This document shows positions 26,287-35,268 of a stretch of 64,000 bases of DNA, in pieces. Position 1 is the first letter of the stretch. Each line of letters starts with the position of its first letter. Position numbers and translations under genes: made by a program. The notes below the pieces were generated by a model. That model had not been told where the DNA came from and searched no databases. It worked only from the letters and a program-made list of their open reading frames with translations. Source of the stretch: a virus; the IMG/VR virus record IMGVR_UViG_3300045988_074321, positions 1-64,000 of that record; one strand, given 5' to 3'.

Positions 26287-26307
26287 TAAAATTAATTAAA
26301 CTTATCT

Positions 26308-26859
26308 GTGAATCGAGAACAATCTCTTAAATTGTATTATGAGAATCCTAACCACTGTAAGGAATGTGGTAAGGTAATCGAAGTACTAGATAATCAGAGG
26401 GTCGCAGATGTGAGGAAGAAACAGTTTTGTAGTCATTCGTGTGCTGCTTCTTACAATAATAGAGGTAGGATAAAGCACGATGAAAACAAGATATGTCCTA
26501 GATGTGGTAAACCTAAGCATAAAGATTCAGAAATGTGTCGTAGTTGCTGGGAAGAACTTAATGGAATTGGTAACAAAACATTAGGTTATTATACATCTGG
26601 GCAGAAGTACTTATCATCTAAATGTCAAGAAATAAGGACTAATGCTCGTAGAGTATTAGAAAGTTCCGAACGTGAGAAAGTATGTCAATATTGTCATAAT
26701 CATGAATTTGATGCAATACTTGAAGTACATCATCTTAAAGGAATATTAGAATTTGACGAAGACACTCTTATTAAGGAGATTAACAACGAGAATAATTTAG
26801 TATGGTTATGTCCGAATCACCATATTATGTTAGAGAAGGGTTTAATTAGTCTGGAGTAA
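26308..26859 (+). CDS. HNH homing endonuclease (GTG start)
   Basis: EVHHLKG ... LVWLCPNHH plus CxxC zinc knuckles. Confidence 0.8.
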   Translation: MNREQSLKLYYENPNHCKECGKVIEVLDNQRVADVRKKQFCSHSCAASYNNRGRIKHDENKICPRCGKPKHKDSEMCRSCWEELNGIGNKTLGYYTSGQKYLSSKCQEIRTNARRVLESSEREKVCQYCHNHEFDAILEVHHLKGILEFDEDTLIKEINNENNLVWLCPNHHIMLEKGLISLE

Positions 26860-26870
26860 TCCAGTTACAC

Positions 26871-26942
26871 CGAGGGTTAGTTCAGTGGTAGAATAGTGCA
26901 CTGTCTATGCGAAGGTCACCAGTTCGAGTCTGGTACTCTCGG
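26871..26942 (+). tRNA. tRNA-Asp (GTC), intact
   Basis: acceptor cgagggt/actctcg, D-arm TAGTTCAGTGGTAGAATA as in E. coli tRNA-Asp, loop CTGTCTA, T-arm accag-TTCGAGT-ctggt. Confidence 0.8.
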
Positions 26943-26979
26943 CACTGTGAAGGTTGGGGTTCGAATCCCCCAGTCTCGG
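26943..26979 (+). other. 3' half of split tRNA-Asp gene (anticodon 3' stem tgtga, variable aggt, T-arm gggg-TTCGAAT-cccc, acceptor agtctcg)
   Basis: complements 26248..26286 fragment. Confidence 0.6.
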
Positions 26980-26986
26980 CATTTAT

Positions 26987-27059
26987 TCCCCTGTAGTTTA
27001 GTTGGTTAGAACACGTGATTTGTAATCTCGAGACCTCGGTTCGAATCCGAGTGGGGGAT
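26987..27059 (+). tRNA. tRNA-Thr (TGT)
   Basis: acceptor tcccctg/tggggga, D gttt/gaac, anticodon stem cgtga/tctcg (central mismatch), loop TTTGTAA, T-arm ctcgg-TTCGAAT-ccgag. Confidence 0.65.
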
Positions 27060-27086
27060 CTTAACCATTAAATTAGATTAATTTTT

Positions 27087-27761
27087 ATGACTAGATTAGA
27101 AAAGTATTTAGTAGCAACTGCTACTGAGATTATCGAAGCGGAAACAACTGTTTCTCGCTACTTTGTCATTGGAAACGTCAAAGTTAGAGTATCAGACCAT
27201 TTAAGTAAAATGAGTGATGCAGACTTACAAGTGATTATTCCATTGAACGGAGGGACTAAGTATATAGTTACTGTTAAGGATAGTCCTGGAAAATTTCTTG
27301 TATGGAATGCAACTCAAATAAAAGACTTTATTCCTTCATTGCAGATTATTAAGGGCTTGAAGGAAGGAGTACAACTTAAGCCAAAACCTAAAGACTCTGC
27401 AGTTCAGAAGATTCAGCTAGCATTAAATAATAGTAATACCGATGGAGGTTCGTTAACGTTCGATGGTACTATTATCGAGTCTAGATTGAAAGAAAAGCAA
27501 CTTACCTCTAAACAGCGGGAAGTTTTCAGGAGAACTAAATCTACTTGGGATATTTCTCAGATTGGAACATTACCCAGTATGATTAAAGTAGATTTGGGAT
27601 TGTCAAATGGTTCTGTAAACGAAGATGTGCAGATATTTCTAACTTGTACATCTTTAACCTACAAAGAAATTCTGAACATTTATAAAATAATAGTTGTTGA
27701 TAACCATATGGTTCCAACTATTAAACTGTTGCAAGAAGCTTATAGCTTAATTGTGCAGTAG
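27087..27761 (+). CDS. hypothetical protein
   Basis: ORF track. Confidence 0.55.
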   Translation: MTRLEKYLVATATEIIEAETTVSRYFVIGNVKVRVSDHLSKMSDADLQVIIPLNGGTKYIVTVKDSPGKFLVWNATQIKDFIPSLQIIKGLKEGVQLKPKPKDSAVQKIQLALNNSNTDGGSLTFDGTIIESRLKEKQLTSKQREVFRRTKSTWDISQIGTLPSMIKVDLGLSNGSVNEDVQIFLTCTSLTYKEILNIYKIIVVDNHMVPTIKLLQEAYSLIVQ

Positions 27762-27764
27762 GAT

Positions 27765-27836
27765 AGCGCCATCATCTAATGGTTAGGATTCAGGCTTTTC
27801 ACGCCTGCCATACGGGTTCGAATCCCGTTGGCGTTA
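27765..27836 (+). tRNA. tRNA-Glu (TTC)
   Basis: acceptor agcgcca/tggcgtt, anticodon stem caggc/gcctg, loop TTTTCAC, T-arm acggg-TTCGAAT-cccgt. Confidence 0.8.
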
Positions 27837-27842
27837 CTATGT

Positions 27843-27876
27843 ACCCCAGCAGCGGAAGTTGTTGGGGTATTTTTTG
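27843..27876 (+). terminator. hairpin accccagc...gttggggt + TATTTTTT
   Basis: stem followed by T-run after tRNA-Glu. Confidence 0.55.
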
Positions 27877-27893
27877 TTTAATATAATTAATAA

Positions 27894-28214
27894 TTGATGA
27901 GAAAAACATTTGAGTTTGTAAAGGTTGGAGGAGTCTGGTTCTATTGGTGGCCAGATTATGACGGAACACCAGAGGAACTAGCAATGGTTGGTGGTGCAGA
28001 TGAACTTCTTGATTCTCTAGATAATAAGTTTGTTAGATTGCAGATGGTTGACCCAGCTGCAGCTAAGATAACGTTGTCTAAAATTGAGGAGGATGAATGT
28101 GGAGCAACTTACTTATGCAAAAGTAAGAATTACAATGACAGGGTATGGATTTGTGCTGTAACTCTATCAGTATTCGGGGAATATCCTCAAAATATTTACC
28201 TAAAAGATATGTAA
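27894..28214 (+). CDS. hypothetical protein
   Basis: ORF track. Confidence 0.5.
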   Translation: MMRKTFEFVKVGGVWFYWWPDYDGTPEELAMVGGADELLDSLDNKFVRLQMVDPAAAKITLSKIEEDECGATYLCKSKNYNDRVWICAVTLSVFGEYPQNIYLKDM

Positions 28215-28217
28215 AAA

Positions 28218-28643
28218 ATGAAAACGTTAAATGAGATTTTAGACAATTACAAAGACTATGCCGTAGTTCTCGATGACCGTTTCGGTTCTAGATTAGCAAA
28301 GTTTTTAACAGAAGAGCAGTTAGAAAAAATAGGCTTCAAGTACGATGGTGATGAGCCTTATCCAGAGCCTAAGGAATGGACTAGAGAGAATATCCTAGAG
28401 CAACTTAAGTCTGACGTGGAGTTTGGTTTTGAGAAGGCTCTAGACCAGAGAGGCATTTCAGCTAGCCTAATGTTCTACGTGGTACTAAGGTGGAATCAAG
28501 TTCTAGAAGAGGGCTTAGAGAATTATCCTGAAGAGAATTATGCTATGTATGGGTTGCCTTTGTTTAAGGCTACTGCTGTAAAGTATGGATGGGAGAATCC
28601 TATAGGCGACGATAATGGGGACGAAGAGTTCTACAATGAGTAG
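28218..28643 (+). CDS. hypothetical protein
   Basis: ORF track. Confidence 0.5.
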   Translation: MKTLNEILDNYKDYAVVLDDRFGSRLAKFLTEEQLEKIGFKYDGDEPYPEPKEWTRENILEQLKSDVEFGFEKALDQRGISASLMFYVVLRWNQVLEEGLENYPEENYAMYGLPLFKATAVKYGWENPIGDDNGDEEFYNE

Positions 28644-28839
28644 CGCTATGAAGGAATCTTCTATACTTAAAGCAATTTCTGACGCTATTGAAGAATACGA
28701 GGAAAATCAACAAAGACGAATAGACCTGTTAGAGAGTAAAATTCTGCTATTTGAGAGAGAAAGGGAGGCTTTTATTCGGCATTTGAGAGAAGGAAACATT
28801 CAATTATTAAAGGATTATCTAGGAATTAAAGATGAGTAA
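28615..28839 (+). CDS. hypothetical protein
   Basis: ORF track. Confidence 0.4.
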   Translation: MGTKSSTMSSAMKESSILKAISDAIEEYEENQQRRIDLLESKILLFEREREAFIRHLREGNIQLLKDYLGIKDE

Positions 28840-29155
28840 GTACTATTTAATTAAGGAATGTAATAATATTCCTTTTATCTTAGGACAGTTCGATAGTATT
28901 GAAGAGGCTGAGGCCGCTCTTCCTTCTACAAATAAGAAGGGAGCTAAGCACTTTGTCGTTTGTTCTACGGAGCAATTAAAGTCAGCAAGGGCGGCTATAT
29001 CCTACTTACAAGAAGAACTTAGAAAGAGTCGAGAGGAGGTACGGCAATGGAGGGATTTAGAACTTAAAACAAGGCTAGATTTCTCAAACCAAATCTGTGA
29101 ATTATCGAAGATAGCTAATCTAACTGTAGAGGACCTAACTAAAGTATTGTTATGA
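28832..29155 (+). CDS. hypothetical protein
   Basis: ORF track. Confidence 0.45.
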   Translation: MSKYYLIKECNNIPFILGQFDSIEEAEAALPSTNKKGAKHFVVCSTEQLKSARAAISYLQEELRKSREEVRQWRDLELKTRLDFSNQICELSKIANLTVEDLTKVLL

Positions 29156-29454
29156 TAGTAAGTTCTCCTTTTGATAAAGATTTGCTTGGACATGAGATAA
29201 GGGGTGTAAATACATCTTACTACGGACTTTCTGCATTGCAGGCTGTAATAAATCATGACGGAATCCGTCAAGATATTGCAAAATATATGTATAGAGACTG
29301 CATTGTAGATGGAGGACGAAAAGGAGTAATCATAGGATTTGAGGATAATAATCAATTCTTTGATTACTACTATATAGTCTATGTGCCAGAGCTAAATACT
29401 ACTGTGTATCAATTAGCTAATGATGCGAGATTTATTAATTCAATTGAGATATGA
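29152..29454 (+). CDS. hypothetical protein
   Basis: ORF track. Confidence 0.45.
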   Translation: MIVSSPFDKDLLGHEIRGVNTSYYGLSALQAVINHDGIRQDIAKYMYRDCIVDGGRKGVIIGFEDNNQFFDYYYIVYVPELNTTVYQLANDARFINSIEI

Positions 29455-29608
29455 AAGTATATTATATTTCAATTCCCACGGCATATGACGGGCAAGTCCC
29501 TATAAACTATGAGAAGATCTCTCCTCTTTTTCTAGAGAAGAAAGACGCTATAGAATGGGCGGTAACTCAAAATTACTGGGATATTAGATTAATAGAAGAA
29601 GAAGTTTT

Positions 29609-30103
29609 ATGAAAAAGAAAGTTTTAATTATCCTTATGATTAGTATTGTATTCGGATTTGCAACTGGTTATTCTTTGCATCATCTGATACATTTCAATCA
29701 GAAACAGGAGGAAATGGTATTGCTGCCAGAGCATCCATTCTACTTATTGGATGAAGTAAACGAAGAAGTATTGTACAATACTTTGAAGCATTACGATTTT
29801 CCAAATCCAGCAATTATAACAGCTCAGGCTGTTCTGGAATCTGGCAATTTTAAATCGAAACTTTGTAAGGATAATAACAATCTGTTCGGGTTGTATAACT
29901 CCAGAACAATGTCTTACTTCAAGTTCGATAGTTGGATAAGCTGCGTGTTCGCTTATAAGCAATTTATCCTTAGTAAGTATAACCCAGAAGAGGATTATTA
30001 CAAATTCCTAGACAGAATTGGCTACGCTGAGGATTCCTTGTATGAAAGTAAAGTTAAGGAATTGGAATTAGATATACTTAATAAATATGGAAGCTCAAAT
30101 TGA
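29609..30103 (+). CDS. membrane-anchored peptidoglycan hydrolase, glucosaminidase (GH73/FlgJ-like) family; candidate endolysin
   Basis: N-terminal TM; AQAVLESGNFKSKLCKDNNNLFGL matches glucosaminidase domain consensus. Confidence 0.6.
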   Translation: MKKKVLIILMISIVFGFATGYSLHHLIHFNQKQEEMVLLPEHPFYLLDEVNEEVLYNTLKHYDFPNPAIITAQAVLESGNFKSKLCKDNNNLFGLYNSRTMSYFKFDSWISCVFAYKQFILSKYNPEEDYYKFLDRIGYAEDSLYESKVKELELDILNKYGSSN

Positions 30104-30219
30104 AGAAGCTATCAAATTTAGAAAGAAAGCTAATTTCAAGATATTAACTAGATTAAGTCAAATCATTGACCAATATCCTTATCTAAGATTTCACCAAATT
30201 CTTATGATATATAAGGTTA

Positions 30220-30783
30220 GTGAACTGGGAGTGGATAAGTTCAATGAGGAGAGTGCATAACTTCTGCAAAAGAGAGCATATAGACTTTGGATTCGAGGTA
30301 GAAATCGAAATCAATGGAGAGCTTCATAAGTTCAACTATGATAAGATGGTGCCAGACAGAGAATATATTACGGTAGCAACTATCAAGGTAGATTCTATTG
30401 GTAATATAACCCTAAGTCCGGTAATTGCCGAAGGTGCAACCTCATATAAGTCTATGAACGAGTGGGGCATTGATACTATGCGTTTCCAAACTGTTTCTTG
30501 CATCATGTATTCTCCAAATTATTGGGAAGGTAATGAAATAGGAAACAAGCACCTATTCTTCATGATTGATGGATGTAAAAATCCTGACCCAGTTCGGGGA
30601 TTCTTCAATGAATATCTGAGACCCGATCTCGAAAAAGATCATAAGAGAGTATTCGAAGCTATTGGCTCTAGAGCTAAAGCAGAATACAACGATAACCAGT
30701 TGAGTGGACTAGGATTCTCTAGTACGTCTCACGACGAGGTTGTAGTTAAAGTTGATAATAAACCATTTAAAATTAAATTCTAA
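30220..30783 (+). CDS. hypothetical protein
   Basis: ORF track. Confidence 0.5.
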   Translation: MNWEWISSMRRVHNFCKREHIDFGFEVEIEINGELHKFNYDKMVPDREYITVATIKVDSIGNITLSPVIAEGATSYKSMNEWGIDTMRFQTVSCIMYSPNYWEGNEIGNKHLFFMIDGCKNPDPVRGFFNEYLRPDLEKDHKRVFEAIGSRAKAEYNDNQLSGLGFSSTSHDEVVVKVDNKPFKIKF

Positions 30784-30785
30784 TT

Positions 30786-31160
30786 ATGTACAAACAAGCG
30801 TCTAAAATGAAGTTGCGCTTTGCAACTAGTAAAGGTAATTTGAGTGTGGAAGATTTGTGGGACTTAAGTCTGCCTGCATTGGACAGACTGGCAGTGTCCT
30901 ATGACGAAGAATTAGCCAAGAGTCCTAGAAAATCTTTCATAACTAATGATACTCCTAGCAATAGCGAACTGGAGTTAAAGTTCAACATTGTGAAAGATGT
31001 TATCACTGATAAGCTGAAAGACAAGGCCGCTAGAGAAGCAGCTAAAGATAAGGCAGCTGAGAAGGCACGCCTGACTGAACTGCTGGCTAAGAAACAGTCT
31101 GAGAAAATGGAAAGTATGTCCGAAGATGAAATCAGACAACGACTTGCAGAACTCGGATAA
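30786..31160 (+). CDS. hypothetical protein, Lys/Ala-rich
   Basis: ORF track. Confidence 0.5.
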   Translation: MYKQASKMKLRFATSKGNLSVEDLWDLSLPALDRLAVSYDEELAKSPRKSFITNDTPSNSELELKFNIVKDVITDKLKDKAAREAAKDKAAEKARLTELLAKKQSEKMESMSEDEIRQRLAELG

Positions 31161-31440
31161 TTGTGTCGTATTGAAAACAGTTAGTCCACAAATCTTAGAT
31201 AAACTAAGGGAAAGTGGATTGACTGTTTGTACGTGTTGTGAATTTCCTGGTACAGCCTGGTTAGTATTCAGACCAAATATGCCTACATCGGATATTCACG
31301 GTGAGGGGTATGATTTCGAAGAGATAGGACTTTTTGGAACAGAGGCTGTTCTCAAATACTTCGAAGCTAACACTCCGAATTATGTAGATTGCGGAACTGA
31401 TGTCGATAAATTTATTAACATTTGTTTGCAGTTTAAATAA
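31126..31440 (+). CDS. hypothetical protein
   Basis: ORF track. Confidence 0.45.
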   Translation: MKSDNDLQNSDNCVVLKTVSPQILDKLRESGLTVCTCCEFPGTAWLVFRPNMPTSDIHGEGYDFEEIGLFGTEAVLKYFEANTPNYVDCGTDVDKFINICLQFK

Positions 31441-31526
31441 GTTAACGGTTTTTAACTTTGAATTTAACACTTGTACTGTTATTATAGTAAGTTGATTAGC
31501 GGTACGTGAGTATAGCTAATTACTAT

Positions 31527-31602
31527 GCCCGAATGGTGGAATTGGTAGACACGTCAGATTTAAGCTCTGATGCCCAGTAATGGGCGTGTGGGTTCGAGTC
31601 CC
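31527..31602 (+). tRNA. tRNA-Leu (TAA), type II
   Basis: acceptor gcccgaa/ttcgggt, anticodon stem tcaga/tctga, loop TTTAAGC, long variable arm, T-arm gtggg-TTCGAGT-cccac. Confidence 0.8.
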
Positions 31603-31631
31603 ACTTCGGGTACTAATTTAATATCAATAAT

Positions 31632-31802
31632 ATGGAAAGATATATAGAAGAACTTATTGAAATATATAGAAAAAATACTCTAAAGTCAGATGAAGAATTA
31701 GAATCTCTGAAGAGTTTACTTAGAAATGTTCATCGTGATGGATTTATAGCAGGAGAAGAATCAATAATTAATGTTGTGGATAAACTAACAAAACGTAACT
31801 AA
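31632..31802 (+). CDS. small hypothetical protein (56 aa)
   Basis: own translation MERYIEELIEIYRKNTLKSDEE... Confidence 0.3.
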   Translation: MERYIEELIEIYRKNTLKSDEELESLKSLLRNVHRDGFIAGEESIINVVDKLTKRN

Positions 31803-31803
31803 T

Positions 31804-32715
31804 ATGAACAGTGTATTTTTTGGAAATGAAGGGTTGACTTCTACGTCAGCAAACTTCTATGCGAACATCGCACAAGAAATGATTCAAGCAGCACAGGAAC
31901 GCTTGAATAATGTGAAATTCTTTCAAGTATCTGTAGCCTCTATCGGTGGAGGAGAAAAGCAGTTAATGACAGTAGGACAAAAGTCCCTTGACTTTATAAA
32001 AGATGATTTGGAAAAGGTCGCTGCCATGAATAGTTTTTGTGCTTGGGTACGAGAAGCTATTAAAGAGAAAGAAGGAATGATTGGCAAAGTATCTGCTACT
32101 ATGCTTGATGATTGGGCAGAAAGTCAGGGAATAGGACTGCCAGAGCAGCCTAAGTATCCAGAAGCTCTACCTTCTCCGACTGAAGAGACTATCATAAAGT
32201 CGTGGGATATTAACAAGAGAAATAAATTCCTAAGATTAGAGGCGTTTGCTTCTACCTATGGAAAGTATATTCATCCAAAAGGAGCCTTTAGTAAAGCACG
32301 AAAAGAAGTTCATGCAGCTGAGAATTGTCCTATCTATAAGGAAGGCTCTGGAAGAGATTTAATTCTCTACTACCAAGACCCTACCATCGAAGTAGAAAAA
32401 GTGGACAATATGTTCATGTCTCTTCAAGACACCTATCGTTCTTACGAGAAGGAGTTAAATGCTCTTAAAGCTGAGCTTAAGGAGGAGGTTAATAAACTTT
32501 CTAACACTCAAGAACAAGAGTATCGTGAGAAAATGGCTGAATTTAAAGCAAAATACGACAAATATACCTCCGAATTAGGAGAGTTGAGAAGTCGTTTCAA
32601 TAGTTGGAAAACTTCTGAAATGGAACGTATTTCCAAACTAAAAATCGCTTTGCCTAAGAATCTTTTAGATATTTTCGAAGAGATTAGGAGACAAGGCGAC
32701 TCTTCCTCTAAGTAA
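31804..32715 (+). CDS. hypothetical protein
   Basis: ORF track. Confidence 0.55.
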   Translation: MNSVFFGNEGLTSTSANFYANIAQEMIQAAQERLNNVKFFQVSVASIGGGEKQLMTVGQKSLDFIKDDLEKVAAMNSFCAWVREAIKEKEGMIGKVSATMLDDWAESQGIGLPEQPKYPEALPSPTEETIIKSWDINKRNKFLRLEAFASTYGKYIHPKGAFSKARKEVHAAENCPIYKEGSGRDLILYYQDPTIEVEKVDNMFMSLQDTYRSYEKELNALKAELKEEVNKLSNTQEQEYREKMAEFKAKYDKYTSELGELRSRFNSWKTSEMERISKLKIALPKNLLDIFEEIRRQGDSSSK

Positions 32716-33149
32716 TTAGAGGACTTCCGTAGGAAGCTAACATAACATACTTAACAGGAATAATTATGAACAGTATATTCTTAAATCCGCATGGATTTAA
32801 TCTTTATTCGCTGGCTACACAAAAATTTACAACCTACTCTCTAATTGAGAGTCTTTGTCTTAGTCTTTGTTAGTGTAGCTAGGTCTTTGACTACGGCTTC
32901 ATCTTTGCCTGCGCGTTAGCTTCCTACATAGCTCGTCAACCACGTGTTGAAGGAGTTACGGAATCCCTTCGGGATTCTAGCCTTTTGCTTCAGTTACAAG
33001 TAATCTTTAAACTTGGTGACTATTATCCCAAATTCTCAACAAGATGAAGAGGGAGGTTGACCAACCTAATAATGGTACAAGCTCTTCGGAGTGATAGGAG
33101 TGGGGAAAGTATCTGGTGAAGCACAGATACTGGAACCACTCTTTTTTTT
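32716..33149 (+). ncRNA. ORF-poor, hairpin-dense segment ending in intrinsic terminator (33098-33149): candidate structured ncRNA or long 3' UTR
   Basis: 13-nt long-range complement gtaggaagctaac (32733) / gttagcttcctac (32916); UUCG-looped hairpin ggaatcccTTCGgggattc; nested GAGTGG..AGTATCTG..CAGATACT..CCACTC + T8. Confidence 0.35.
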
Positions 33150-33189
33150 GATAGATAAAATGATTATTAACTAATTTAAATTAAGAAAA

Positions 33190-33363
33190 ATGAAGAAAGT
33201 ACTATTGCTTTTCGGAATGGTTGCACTGATGTCTGCTTGTGCAGGTAATACAAAGACTCAGGCTCCAGAAAACGATTCTATCGCAATCGTTAAAGAAGTT
33301 GCTGACACAATGAGTGTAGACACTCTAGGTGTGGATAGTCTTGTAATTGATAGTATTCAGTAA
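33190..33363 (+). CDS. small lipoprotein (57 aa)
   Basis: MKKVLLLFGMVALMSACAG lipobox; own translation. Confidence 0.4.
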   Translation: MKKVLLLFGMVALMSACAGNTKTQAPENDSIAIVKEVADTMSVDTLGVDSLVIDSIQ

Positions 33364-33688
33364 TATGGATTTTATCGCAACCAGAGTCAATGAACTCTTA
33401 AGTAGGGTATCTCCTATTAAGCGATGGCTTATTTCTGATGTTGCGAATGAATACTATCGAGCAGGATATCAAGATGGTCAGAAACTAGTCTACAGAAATG
33501 TGTTAAAGGGAAGCGCATTGAGAGAGTTTATCGAAATTCTAAATCATTGCGGAATTAAACTTAGTTACAACTTACGTAAGGGTGGGCTACTGGTCAGTGT
33601 AAGAACTGATAAGTTGTCCAACTTACAGAATCTTGTTAATTGTTACAAAAATGAGCAAAACAAAGAGAACAGTCCTGACAAGGGATGA
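33347..33688 (+). CDS. hypothetical protein
   Basis: ORF track. Confidence 0.45.
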   Translation: MIVFSNMDFIATRVNELLSRVSPIKRWLISDVANEYYRAGYQDGQKLVYRNVLKGSALREFIEILNHCGIKLSYNLRKGGLLVSVRTDKLSNLQNLVNCYKNEQNKENSPDKG

Positions 33689-34031
33689 TTGTCCCCCATT
33701 GGAGGAACAATACAAAAGCATTATGGAGAACTTTGATTTTGATAAGGTTCTGGAGTATATGCAGTGGGACAAGAGTCATAGAGAATATGATGACGAGGGT
33801 CGCTGTATAGGCAAAAGTACATGGAAAATGTATGTAGGTCCGAACGAACACAGAGTTCCCACTCTTTACGAACTATCCAGAAATGCTAGCGTACTACTAA
33901 GAGAAGTAATGAAGCTGTACAATGACAACAAAAGTCCTTATCTTTCTATAGCTACTGGACCATTCAAGGTTATTTGCAGATATGGGATGCTGGAACTTAT
34001 AGCTTGCCTAGAAACTTGGAGTTATGATTGA
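33633..34031 (+). CDS. hypothetical protein
   Basis: ORF track. Confidence 0.5.
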   Translation: MLIVTKMSKTKRTVLTRDDCPPLEEQYKSIMENFDFDKVLEYMQWDKSHREYDDEGRCIGKSTWKMYVGPNEHRVPTLYELSRNASVLLREVMKLYNDNKSPYLSIATGPFKVICRYGMLELIACLETWSYD

Positions 34032-34437
34032 ATTTAATCAGATTTTTTGTGAGGATTTGAAAGATGATTTCGAGGAAGCTGGTAGGCATGAGAGAAATTT
34101 CGAGTTAGACGAGTTTATTCAGAAGGATTTAAGTAGAGCATTTGCGTTTGGTTATTGTCATTTAGACTGGATAAAGGAGAAAATGTGGTTTCCTGTTCCT
34201 ATTAGGAAGGCTTTACGGCATTTAGGAGACGACCTAGAAGATTTTGCTCCTCAGCTTAAATGGCTTAACGAAAAATATGGTGCTATAGGAAAGAGAGTTA
34301 GAATTGTTGATTATGCAAACTATATTTTAGATAATATATTTTGTGACAATCAAGACGATTTGCTAAAGATAGCAATATTACTCGGAACTAACATGAGAGT
34401 AAATACTGCTGATGAGCAGGCTAGAAGTGTTCACTGA
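34024..34437 (+). CDS. hypothetical protein
   Basis: ORF track. Confidence 0.5.
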   Translation: MIEFNQIFCEDLKDDFEEAGRHERNFELDEFIQKDLSRAFAFGYCHLDWIKEKMWFPVPIRKALRHLGDDLEDFAPQLKWLNEKYGAIGKRVRIVDYANYILDNIFCDNQDDLLKIAILLGTNMRVNTADEQARSVH

Positions 34438-34855
34438 TGGAGCTTTTAGCTCGTCTAGAGACACAGGAGGAGTAGGAGTTGTATTCGTAATTGATGGGGA
34501 AAAAGCCTATGAATTTAGTAAGATGATTCCTAATACTACTAATAATAAATGTGAGTTGTTAGCAGTAATTTATGCTCTAAATGCAGTAAGTCGTAAAATC
34601 GAATCTCTGACTATTTACTCAGATTCTCAGTACGTCATAGGATGTGCTACTAAAGGATGGAAAAGAAAGAAGAATGTAGAGTTATGGAATTTATACGACA
34701 AGGTCTTAAATAAGGCAAAGCAATTTTGTCCTAATATAGACTTTTGTTGGGTGAAAGGACATACTTCAAGTTCAGACTTCTTTTCTCAGATGAATAATCT
34801 CGCAGATAAATTAGCAGTTGAAGCAAGTCAGGAATATGAAACTAAGAAAGAATAA
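34412..34855 (+). CDS. rnhA: ribonuclease HI
   Basis: VFTDGA, CELLAV, YSDSQYV, GW, WVKGH, NNLADKLA catalytic motifs. Confidence 0.8.
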   Translation: MSRLEVFTDGAFSSSRDTGGVGVVFVIDGEKAYEFSKMIPNTTNNKCELLAVIYALNAVSRKIESLTIYSDSQYVIGCATKGWKRKKNVELWNLYDKVLNKAKQFCPNIDFCWVKGHTSSSDFFSQMNNLADKLAVEASQEYETKKE

Positions 34856-35252
34856 GAATAAGAAACTTATCAAAGAAGCTATGAAGTTTTATCCATTCGA
34901 TTATGGATTTGTTCTCTCTTTAGAGAAACAAGCCCTAATTAGAATGTATGAATACTTTAAGGTATCTAGAATTGCGGAAGGCAATGAACGTGTCGAAAAA
35001 GAGCTAAATCTAGCACTAAAGCTATTAGATATTGTGCTAGAAATAGATTCTGCGTATCACCATGACTTTAGACCTGGGTCAAAGGGATTTGTAGATAGAC
35101 ACATAAATACTAAAAATTGGAATCGATTCCACTCTAAGGCTGCTGATCTCGATTGGAATACCCCAATCCTTAAAGATTATCTGAGAAGAGAAAAAGCCTG
35201 GTACTTATACAACAAACTAAAGTTTGAACGTATGAGGTCTTGGTGGGATTAA
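34818..35252 (+). CDS. hypothetical protein
   Basis: ORF track. Confidence 0.5.
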   Translation: MKQVRNMKLRKNKNKKLIKEAMKFYPFDYGFVLSLEKQALIRMYEYFKVSRIAEGNERVEKELNLALKLLDIVLEIDSAYHHDFRPGSKGFVDRHINTKNWNRFHSKAADLDWNTPILKDYLRREKAWYLYNKLKFERMRSWWD

Positions 35253-35268
35253 TTTAATTAATAGAATT

